IMG/VR virus record: IMGVR_UViG_3300049228_000060
Span: 1 to 38,206 of that record
Strand: one strand, 5' to 3'
Length of the DNA: 38,206 nucleotides
Origin: a virus
Lineage: Duplodnaviria; Caudoviricetes
Numbering within the stretch: the first letter of the stretch is position 1; each line of letters starts with the position of its first letter. Position numbers and translations under genes: made by a program. The notes under the pieces were generated by a model that saw only the letters and a program-made list of their open reading frames with translations, had not been told where the DNA came from and ran no database searches. This document shows, one piece after another, positions 6,998 through 13,846 of this stretch.

Positions 6998-7309
6998 ATG
7001 GATATATTGCATCTCACGTTAAAAAAGCAGTGGTTCGATATGATCGCAAGCGGAACAAAGCGCGAAGAATATCGAGAGGTAAAACCCTATTGGCGAATTA
7101 GGTTTTATAGAAAAAAATACGGTGCTATTCAATTTAGAAATGGGTACAGCAAGGATTCGCCAACCATGCTTATTGAGCTTAAAGAAATTGTAAGAGGGCT
7201 GGGAATTATTGAGTGGGGTGCTCCGGCAGCGCAATTAGTATTCATTTTGAGGCTTGGTAACATTCTGAAACACGATAGCCAATCACTACCAAACCCCGAA
7301 GACCAGTGA
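6998..7309 (+). CDS. ASCH/PUA-like domain protein
   Basis: LHLTLKKQWFDMIASGTKREEYRE..PYW..R...IQFRNGY signature. Confidence 0.85.
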   Translation: MDILHLTLKKQWFDMIASGTKREEYREVKPYWRIRFYRKKYGAIQFRNGYSKDSPTMLIELKEIVRGLGIIEWGAPAAQLVFILRLGNILKHDSQSLPNPEDQ

Positions 7310-7319
7310 GTTTATTTAA

Positions 7320-7349
7320 TTGTCGTCGTGCGACAGGATTGGGTATGGT
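7320..7349 (+). promoter_or_regulatory. Possible internal promoter with operator-like inverted repeat
   Basis: TTGTCG, 18 nt spacer, TATGGT; TGTCG-N5-CGACA palindrome at 7321-7335 overlaps the -35. Confidence 0.4.
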
Positions 7350-7379
7350 GATTCCATCAAGTAACGAAACGGAGCAAAA

Positions 7380-8576
7380 ATGAAGAAGCTGGAAAAGTTA
7401 AGTGCTGCGCAATTAGCGCGACTGCCAGAAATTCGCGATGAATGGCTAAAGATTGGCCTTTCGACAGAGCCATTAAATTTTGAGGAGTCCAAGAAAGCAG
7501 TTATTGCGGCCTATGAAGTCGCCGGCCTTAAGCAGCCTAAGCTTTTCTTCCGGTTTGGCAGCCCAGTGTCTGCAGCTTATGCAGCGGCCATCTTAAAAGG
7601 TATTAATATTCCGATAGGAGATCAGGTCAGGGCTCAGGTCTGGGCTCAGGTCGGGGACCAGGTCTGGGATCAGGTCGGGGATCAGGTCGGGGACCAGGTC
7701 GGGGACCAGGTCGGGGCTCAGGTCAGGGCTCAGGTCTGGGCTCAGGTCGGGGCTCAGGTCTGGGATCAGGTCGGGGATCAGGTCGGGGACCAGGTCGGGG
7801 ACCAGGTCAGGGCTCAGGTCTGGGATCAGGTCTGGGCTCAGGTCGGGGCTCAGGTCAGGGCTCAGGTCTGGGCTCAGGTCGGGGACCAGGTCGGGGACCA
7901 GGTCTGGGATCAGGTCTGGGCTCAGGTCTGGGATCAGGTCGGGGATCAGGTCGGGGATCAGGTTTTTGGAAATCACGAGGCGGGATGGTTATCCTACCAT
8001 ATGGCATTTGCTGAATTTGGAATTGAGGCCGCGAACAAGTTAAAGCCGCTTTCTGATTTGGCGCGAAATTGTGGCTGGTGGGCACCCTATGCAGGCGCTG
8101 TGATTTTACAGGAACGCCCAAGCGTTATTAAGTTAGATGATCAGCGCCGATTGCATTGTGAAAATGGCCCATCAATTAGCTATCCTGATGGATTGGTTGA
8201 GGTTTATTCATGGCATGGGACAAAAATTCCGAAAGAATGGATTTTGGATAAAGGGGTATTAACCGCACAAATGGCGCTGGCAGTAGAAAATGTTGAGCAG
8301 CGCCGGGCTGCTTGCGAAATTATTGGATGGGCTAATGTTTTAGATCAACTAAACGCAAAAACAATTGATAAAGATTCAGACCCAGAGATTGGGGAGCTGT
8401 TAGAGGTCAATATTCCTGACTCTGGAAAAGAGCGGTTTTTGAAAGTGCAGTGTGGGACTAAGCGTGTTTTTGCAATACCTGTTCCCCCAGAAATGAAAAC
8501 AGCATTACAGGCATCAGCATGGACTTATTCGATGGAAGATGATTTAAACCAGTACAAAATCGAAGTTAGAACTTAA
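7380..8576 (+). CDS. DUF6745-like protein with QV(W/G/R)(D/A) tetrapeptide repeats
   Basis: N-terminal [13 protein letters not shown], central repeats, C-terminal CGWWAPY...[37 protein letters not shown]. Confidence 0.8.
   Translation: MKKLEKLSAAQLARLPEIRDEWLKIGLSTEPLNFEESKKAVIAAYEVAGLKQPKLFFRFGSPVSAAYAAAILKGINIPIGDQVRAQVWAQVGDQVWDQVGDQVGDQVGDQVGAQVRAQVWAQVGAQVWDQVGDQVGDQVGDQVRAQVWDQVWAQVGAQVRAQVWAQVGDQVGDQVWDQVWAQVWDQVGDQVGDQVFGNHEAGWLSYHMAFAEFGIEAANKLKPLSDLARNCGWWAPYAGAVILQERPSVIKLDDQRRLHCENGPSISYPDGLVEVYSWHGTKIPKEWILDKGVLTAQMALAVENVEQRRAACEIIGWANVLDQLNAKTIDKDSDPEIGELLEVNIPDSGKERFLKVQCGTKRVFAIPVPPEMKTALQASAWTYSMEDDLNQYKIEVRT
7623..7958 (+). repeat. Coding tandem repeat, 28 x 12 bp (CAGGTC[T/G/A]GGG[AT/AC/CT])
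   Basis: Counted 28 complete units in frame, with variation confined to unit positions 7 and 11-12. Confidence 0.95.
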
Positions 8577-8588
8577 CGAGGAAACAAT

Positions 8589-8933
8589 ATGAAAACGTTC
8601 AAAACAATGTGTGCACAAGGCGATTTGCTTATTCGGCGTATCGATGCATTACCGGAGGGTGCTGATATCGTTAAAGCAGAAAATGGAAAGCTGGTTCTTG
8701 CCCACTCGGAAACTGGGCACGACCACATAGTTATTGATCGCCCGGAAGTAAGCCAATATTCCTTTGGCGATCTGCTGAAGTCCTTTCTGGTCGTGACTGG
8801 CGACGAGCCAATAGAGCTGTTACATGAGCGCTCTTTCGACACCCATGAAAGCATTTTGATCAACCCGGGTATTTATGAGTTGCGCCGTCAGCGTGAATAT
8901 ATTCCAGAGGGCTGGCGTAAAGCAGCAGATTAA
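8589..8933 (+). CDS. Conserved His-rich partner of DUF6745 proteins
   Basis: QGDLLIRR, LAHSETGHDH, HE...HESI...PG.YELRRQREY.PEG.R.AAD. Confidence 0.75.
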   Translation: MKTFKTMCAQGDLLIRRIDALPEGADIVKAENGKLVLAHSETGHDHIVIDRPEVSQYSFGDLLKSFLVVTGDEPIELLHERSFDTHESILINPGIYELRRQREYIPEGWRKAAD

Positions 8934-8938
8934 TCGCC

Positions 8939-9112
8939 ATGAAATCCAAAAAGCAAAGAGACACCGACGACCGTGCCAAGATGCGCCGTAACGGCCTTGT
9001 AACGGTCGCCATTCGAATTCCGAAGGGTAAGGCTTGTGCGGCCAAGGCTATGGCAGAGCAATGGCGTATAGCGCACTACAAACGATTGGAGAAGAGTAAT
9101 GGGCAACCATAG
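8939..9112 (+). CDS. Small basic protein, possible ribbon-helix-helix/antitoxin-like DNA binder (57 aa)
   Basis: MKSKKQRDTDDRAKMRRNGLVTVAIRIPKGKACAAKAMAEQWR: basic helix, G-x-x-x-V-x-I-x-I-P strand, then helix. Confidence 0.5.
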   Translation: MKSKKQRDTDDRAKMRRNGLVTVAIRIPKGKACAAKAMAEQWRIAHYKRLEKSNGQP

Positions 9113-9518
9113 TGAGCTGATAGACTGGCATAAAGTCCAATCCAACACTAGTTTTACTGCTGCCATGATGGCATTTCACCGTTCGGCGGCAGAGGCCATC
9201 CAATCCATCCTATCCGACAATACCCGGCTAGAGGGAAGAATAAAAAAAGATACGGAAATAATTTGGCTAATGGCAGATCATAAGGCTCATTTCGATGAAA
9301 CTATTGGCCGGCTAGAGGCAGAGGTAAAGGTGCTTAAACAGGATGCGGAGCGGTATCGGTGGTTGAGGATGCAAGATTGGTTTGATGGGGAACTTTGTGT
9401 GCTGCGCGATCCAAAAAAGGTTTTCTCTCGACCATACGGCCTTGGCGCTGATTGCCCATCGCGCGACCGGCTCGACGCCGCCATTGACGCCGCCCTAGCA
9501 CAAGGAGAAGGTCAATGA
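9099..9518 (+). CDS. Ead/Ea22-like accessory protein
   Basis: DAERYRWLR ... LDAAIDAA motif typical of lambdoid accessory proteins. Confidence 0.7.
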   Translation: MGNHSELIDWHKVQSNTSFTAAMMAFHRSAAEAIQSILSDNTRLEGRIKKDTEIIWLMADHKAHFDETIGRLEAEVKVLKQDAERYRWLRMQDWFDGELCVLRDPKKVFSRPYGLGADCPSRDRLDAAIDAALAQGEGQ

Positions 9519-9718
9519 CCTTTAATGATTGGTTTGTATCGCAGCACGGCCCTCGCCCCAGTGCGAAGCCACTAGACGAGCTAATGAAGGAGCGCAACGC
9601 AAAGCTTGCTGAGGTTGATACGGCATCTAGGATAGTTGATGCATGTGACCTATGGGATTTGAGGCGCACAAGTGCATTGTTGGCATGGCAGGCCCATACA
9701 TCCTCCTTGGATGGATGA
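9515..9718 (+). CDS. Hypothetical protein
   Basis: 67 aa, ATGA-coupled, AAGGAG RBS. Confidence 0.65.
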   Translation: MTFNDWFVSQHGPRPSAKPLDELMKERNAKLAEVDTASRIVDACDLWDLRRTSALLAWQAHTSSLDG

Positions 9719-9783
9719 GCGATGCCCAGCTAAGCATTGCGCTAGTTACTGTTTGTCTTGTGTTAATTATTATGCTGGCCTAG
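9715..9783 (+). CDS. 22-aa hydrophobic peptide
   Basis: MSDAQLSIALVTVCLVLIIMLA; ATGA overlap with the previous stop. Confidence 0.4.
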   Translation: MSDAQLSIALVTVCLVLIIMLA

Positions 9784-9941
9784 CGCAGCCCCGGCAATAA
9801 GGATAAAATGGGCTCGCGCTGAGCGTAGTCCTTATTCGCAGGTATGCTGGCCTCTGGATGGGCCGGCCAGCGCAGCTAACCTGCTAAAGCGTCATGAGAA
9901 ATGGTGCCGACCGTTTGAAATTGCAGGATCGGTAATTTAAT

Positions 9942-10012
9942 GGCGGTTGATAGTGTATATAGCTCGCTGGGTCGCGCCCGGAGGATCGGTGAAATTCCGA
10001 TAAACCGCCCCA
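9942..10012 (+). tRNA. Degenerate tRNA-like element ending in CCA
   Basis: GGCGGTT/AACCGCC acceptor-like stem, TAGTGTA..TAGC D-like arm, CTGGG-TCGCG-CCCGG arm, ATCGG-TGAAATT-CCGAT T-like arm, 3' CCA; lacks TTCG and the D-loop GG. Confidence 0.5.
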
Positions 10013-10038
10013 CTAATCACAATCAAGGAGTAAGAGGC

Positions 10039-10110
10039 ATGATATTTTCAGTCGGTGGAACAACCAAACCCGATAAGCAGAAGCCTAAACCGGGTAGTCG
10101 CGGCAAATAA
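10039..10110 (+). CDS. 23-aa Lys/Pro/Gly-rich peptide
   Basis: MIFSVGGTTKPDKQKPKPGSRGK; AAGGAG/GAGG RBS; TAATG-coupled to the next gene. Confidence 0.6.
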   Translation: MIFSVGGTTKPDKQKPKPGSRGK

Positions 10111-10586
10111 TGGATATCTACTTTTGGGCGCTGACCGGCGGATTATGCCTTGCGATAGCGCTCAATCTCATTTCTGCCAGCATTAAAGGCTTAACCCTCG
10201 CATACACCGTATTATTCTTCCTGGTCATCCTGAGCCCCAATCTGCCGATGAGAAGTAATCTTGGGGCTTGGTGGTATATCCTGCTGATCGGGCTAGAAGT
10301 CACTTTGATGCAAATAGCATTCCTGATCAAAGGGGATGCCAGTAATCCGGTTGCCTTATGCTCGTTTTATAACCTTCTGTGCCATTTTACTGCGATGATC
10401 GCGTATAATTCCGGTCACGATCCCGAAAGCTGGCACCGCTCAATGCTACGGGTGGGGGAAATTGCCCAAGTCCTCTCTCTAGTCCTATTTACAAAGCCCG
10501 TGGCGCGCTATTTGATCTTATCCATCAAGCGCCAAAAGAAGGAACATACTGATGGATATCAGCTGGTGGCAACTGCTTATCGCTAG
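10110..10586 (+). CDS. Multi-pass (4-5 TM) membrane protein upstream of lysis genes
   Basis: Several long hydrophobic segments and a basic C-terminal tail. Confidence 0.75.
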   Translation: MDIYFWALTGGLCLAIALNLISASIKGLTLAYTVLFFLVILSPNLPMRSNLGAWWYILLIGLEVTLMQIAFLIKGDASNPVALCSFYNLLCHFTAMIAYNSGHDPESWHRSMLRVGEIAQVLSLVLFTKPVARYLILSIKRQKKEHTDGYQLVATAYR

Positions 10587-10944
10587 TATTGGCGCTTTGG
10601 CGATTATAGGTGGGTTTTTTATGAACTATATCCGCGCTATTAACAAACGCGATTCGGAGAAAGTCGTCACCGCCGCTATAGCCGCCTTCCGCACTAACGA
10701 ATTAACGCCAATCCTTGCCGAGCTCAATCAAAAAGTCGATCAAATCGGCGACGTCTCCAATCGACTATCCATGGTTGAAGGGGCGGTAAAAAACCTGACA
10801 CAGAAAACCAACGAACTCAATAAAGCCGTCTCCGAGAACGCCCAGCAGGCCCGAAACGATCTCACGGGTCTGGCGACAAGTTTGCGGGAAGACACCAAGA
10901 ACCAAACCAGCCTACTAGTCAAATTGATTGAGGCGCGGCAGTGA
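10552..10944 (+). CDS. N-terminal TM plus coiled-coil protein (holin/antiholin-like)
   Basis: WWQLLIASIGALAIIGGFF TM segment followed by heptads; immediately before the endolysin. Confidence 0.6.
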   Translation: MDISWWQLLIASIGALAIIGGFFMNYIRAINKRDSEKVVTAAIAAFRTNELTPILAELNQKVDQIGDVSNRLSMVEGAVKNLTQKTNELNKAVSENAQQARNDLTGLATSLREDTKNQTSLLVKLIEARQ

Positions 10945-11348
10945 AGTTAGAACTCAAGACCGAATCGCAGCGAGCGGACTGCACGATAGGGAGCATTTAT
11001 GTCGACGGTGTATGGACCTGCTTTTCGCTTGAAGACGCTGTGCGCCATGAAAAAATACCGGGGAAAACGGCAATCCCCGCTGGAACATATGCGGTCGTTA
11101 TCAACTATTCGTCTCGGTTTAAACGAGAAATGCCACAGATTCTTAATGTGCCGGGATATGAAGGCATTAGGCTGCACCCAGGTAACACCGCAGCCGATAC
11201 CGAAGGATGCATATTGGTTGGTCAAATGAAGGGCGTTAACAGCGTCCTTAAGAGCCGCGCAGCCTTCGCTGACCTATTCCCCAAACTCCAAGCCTGCAAA
11301 GATCCTATGTCAATCACGATTACCCGATTGCCGGAGAATCAAGAATGA
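10941..11348 (+). CDS. Endolysin, DUF5675 family
   Basis: CTIG.IYVDG...CFSLED...TAIPAGTY.V....S.RF....P.ILNVPG..GIRLHPGNT..DTEGCILVG...S..AF..L. Confidence 0.85.
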   Translation: MKLELKTESQRADCTIGSIYVDGVWTCFSLEDAVRHEKIPGKTAIPAGTYAVVINYSSRFKREMPQILNVPGYEGIRLHPGNTAADTEGCILVGQMKGVNSVLKSRAAFADLFPKLQACKDPMSITITRLPENQE

Positions 11349-11515
11349 ATACGGTGCCCATCCTCGATTGCATTAAATGCCAAAACCCCTTAACCATGAA
11401 AGAAATGAAAGTTAAGGCACATTATTGTGAGCCGTGCCGCAGGATCGAAGAGCACAATGCCCATCAAGAACAGCTATCCAACCAGATCCATAGAGCCAAC
11501 CGGGTGATGAAATGA
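11345..11515 (+). CDS. Small C4 zinc-finger protein (TraR/DksA-like, 56 aa)
   Basis: CIKCQNPL...HYCEPCRR followed by a helix; ATGA overlaps at both ends. Confidence 0.6.
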   Translation: MNTVPILDCIKCQNPLTMKEMKVKAHYCEPCRRIEEHNAHQEQLSNQIHRANRVMK

Positions 11516-12045
11516 GCATCGATTGGCAGGGCATCCTAAAGACAGCAGCCCCCTGGGTAGCAGCAGCCGCTAGTGGGCCTGCGGGATTGATTGGCATGGC
11601 TGCAAGTCAGATTAGTTCATCCTTTGGCAAAGACGTTAAGCCGACTATCGATTCGATCAGTGCCGCCATTGCGGGGGCAACCCCCGATCAAATGATTGCC
11701 CTCAAGAATGCAGACAATGACTTTGCGCTCAAAATGCAGCAAATGGGATTTCAGGATATCGAAACCCTCGAAACGATTGCTGCGGGAGATAGAGATTCAG
11801 CAAGAAAGCGCGAAATTGCGACTGGGGACTGGACCCCCCGCATTTTGGCCTATGCGATTATTATTTTGGCCGGTTGTGGCGAGGGATCTTTGTTGTTGGG
11901 CTATGAGCCGCATATCGCCCCTGAGCTAATCGGACGAATACTTGGTACGCTTGATGCTGCTGTAATGCTGGTATTGAGTTATTATTTCGGTACGACAAAT
12001 TCTAGCCAGCGCAAGACTGAAATTATTGCCCAGCAAAATAGCTGA
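11512..12045 (+). CDS. Holin-family membrane protein (3TM holin-like)
   Basis: AAP..A.A..GP.G, DRDSARKRE, two C-terminal TM segments and VLSYYFGTT.SS..K. Confidence 0.7.
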   Translation: MSIDWQGILKTAAPWVAAAASGPAGLIGMAASQISSSFGKDVKPTIDSISAAIAGATPDQMIALKNADNDFALKMQQMGFQDIETLETIAAGDRDSARKREIATGDWTPRILAYAIIILAGCGEGSLLLGYEPHIAPELIGRILGTLDAAVMLVLSYYFGTTNSSQRKTEIIAQQNS

Positions 12046-12050
12046 GAACG

Positions 12051-12404
12051 ATGATGAAATGGATAATCGGCGCTGTCCTGTATGTTATAGCTGGTTTTGC
12101 TACTGCGGCTACCTTGCACATCACCGCAACAGCACCGTCGACGCGAACAGACGGGACCGCCCTGCCAATCAGTTCGTTGGCCAACTTGACCTTATATTGG
12201 GTATGCGATACCGGAAGAACCGGAACAATGGTGCTAAGTCCAGCGCCAACAATATCTGTCAACGTCACCGGGAACTGGTTAGGGAGGTGTAGTTTTACAA
12301 TGTCTGCCACTGATACAGGCAGATTAACCAGCCCCCTATCAACCCCTGTCAATGTATTAATCAAACTCAACAAACCCGCCTCAGGAGGAATGAAAAATGG
12401 CTAA
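12051..12404 (+). CDS. Secreted FN3/Ig-like protein
   Basis: Signal peptide MMKWIIGAVLYVIAGFATAA; APSTRTDGTALP.S.L....LYW and FTMSATDT.R.TS..S FN3-like motifs. Confidence 0.6.
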   Translation: MMKWIIGAVLYVIAGFATAATLHITATAPSTRTDGTALPISSLANLTLYWVCDTGRTGTMVLSPAPTISVNVTGNWLGRCSFTMSATDTGRLTSPLSTPVNVLIKLNKPASGGMKNG

Positions 12405-12714
12405 GCTCGCAAAGAAAGTAATCTGGTGGTCTGACGTCGTTGACGCAGCCAAATACGCAATCCGAGTAGTTACCTCGGGGTCTGCATTTGACTATGCCAC
12501 TACACCCATTGCAGAACTGGTCGAAGGGACTGTCGGAGCCGATCAGGAGTTTGACCTCTCCACCGTCGCCGCCAGTCTGACAAAGGGCAGTTATGATATC
12601 TATGTAACCGCCTTAGATGTAGCGGGGAACGAATCAGACCCTTTTACCTTGGCCGTATCAACGGCGCTCAACTTCACCGCCCCTGCCGCACCTACCGCTG
12701 GTGGCTTTCGCTAA
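12397..12714 (+). CDS. FN3/Ig-like protein without signal peptide
   Basis: I.W.....A..Y.I.V and GSYDIYVTALDVAGNESDP....FTAPAAP FN3-like motifs. Confidence 0.6.
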   Translation: MAKLAKKVIWWSDVVDAAKYAIRVVTSGSAFDYATTPIAELVEGTVGADQEFDLSTVAASLTKGSYDIYVTALDVAGNESDPFTLAVSTALNFTAPAAPTAGGFR

Positions 12715-12736
12715 AAGCCTATTTTGAGGCACGACT

Positions 12737-13054
12737 ATGAAGCAAGCGCTACAGCATGATGCATTGATATCGTTCAGTCCGCTGAGTGATATTGTCATCA
12801 TAAAACCCGATGCCCCTGAAAAGGTCTCAAAGGGCGGTATTCATTTAGTCGGAACTGCGATTGAAGGCTTGATGCAAGGCACCGTGATAGCTTCGGGCGA
12901 GGGGAGATATACCGAAAAAACCGGCATGATCCCCAATCAAACCAAACCGGGCGACAAAGTGCTTTATTCAAAATATGCTAATCTTGCCGTAAAGTTGGAC
13001 GGACAAAACCTTATCTGCTTACATGAAGCTGACATCGTGGGTATTTTGGAATGA
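12737..13054 (+). CDS. groES: Co-chaperonin GroES (Cpn10) homolog
   Basis: PLSDIVIIKP...E.VSKGGIHL, GTVIASGEG, KPGDKVLYSKYA...VKLDG......E.DIVGIL. Confidence 0.9.
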   Translation: MKQALQHDALISFSPLSDIVIIKPDAPEKVSKGGIHLVGTAIEGLMQGTVIASGEGRYTEKTGMIPNQTKPGDKVLYSKYANLAVKLDGQNLICLHEADIVGILE

Positions 13055-13359
13055 GCTATTTCGATGATATCCCGGCATGGGCGAGACAGGAGCTGGAAAA
13101 GGCTCCTCCCCCTGTTAAACAGCTCAACCCGCGCGATCTAATCACGCAGGAAGAGCGGGATGCCCTCGATAGTTTTATCAGTCATGATCAACCCAAGACC
13201 TGGACCTATGAAGTCAAGAAATCAGGGAAGGGCAATAATCCGACTCAAGAATTCAACAGTGAAAAGCGCTTAACCCTCAACTCAATTGTTGTGATAAACG
13301 ACATTAACTACAAGGTGATCAAGGAGCAAAGCAATGAGCATGAAACAACCGAACACTGA
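13051..13359 (+). CDS. Hypothetical protein
   Basis: 102 aa, ATGA-coupled to groES. Confidence 0.6.
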   Translation: MSYFDDIPAWARQELEKAPPPVKQLNPRDLITQEERDALDSFISHDQPKTWTYEVKKSGKGNNPTQEFNSEKRLTLNSIVVINDINYKVIKEQSNEHETTEH

Positions 13360-13504
13360 TATGGGCACCAGACACGAAAGTGGTGAAATGGCCCCCAAAG
13401 GCGCTAAGTCAAGCGATGGCACTGGCGAACGTACTGCTAAGATTGTCAATGGTGTTGCAATGGGCCGTAAAGATTCATTGTCAGGCATGAAAACCCCTAA
13501 ATAG
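13334..13504 (+). CDS. Small hydrophilic protein (56 aa)
   Basis: MSMKQPNTDMGTRHESGEMAPKGAKSSDGTGER...; AAGGAG RBS. Confidence 0.55.
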   Translation: MSMKQPNTDMGTRHESGEMAPKGAKSSDGTGERTAKIVNGVAMGRKDSLSGMKTPK

Positions 13505-13549
13505 AAATGTTACAAGATAACAAAATCAAATTGTTAAGGTTGAAAACAA

Positions 13550-13846
13550 ATGGGTGCGCCTGAAGGTAATTCGAATGCAGCCGGAAGGAAGAACAAACCC
13601 TTCAATGCCGCCCTTCTACGAGCGATCGCCCAAGATGATCAGGGTGATGCCAATAAGCTGCGCAGGGCTGCAGAACAGCTGTTAACGCTGGCATCGCAAG
13701 GTGAATCATGGGCCATTAAAGAATTGGCTGACCGTCTCGATGGCAAATCGATACAACAAGTTACTGGTACAGTCGGCATCACCGATATGACGGAGGAGGA
13801 ACTTGACCGCCGCATCGAGCAGTTTGAGCAGAGACGAAAAGCTTGA
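13550..13846 (+). CDS. terS: Terminase small subunit
   Basis: MGAPEGNSNAAGR, WAIKELADRLDGK, C-terminal DMTEEELDRRI; directly upstream of TerL. Confidence 0.75.
   Translation: MGAPEGNSNAAGRKNKPFNAALLRAIAQDDQGDANKLRRAAEQLLTLASQGESWAIKELADRLDGKSIQQVTGTVGITDMTEEELDRRIEQFEQRRKA

Noticed and set aside
7623-7958. CRISPR array or iteron origin
   Set aside because: The units are contiguous with no spacers, lie in frame inside a conserved protein, and no cas or initiator gene is present.
7593-8121. Minus-strand PDL(I/S/V) and RP(D/E/G)P repeat ORFs
   Set aside because: They are shadows of the 12-bp repeat, which lacks stop codons in these frames; the + strand gene has an RBS and conserved flanking domains.
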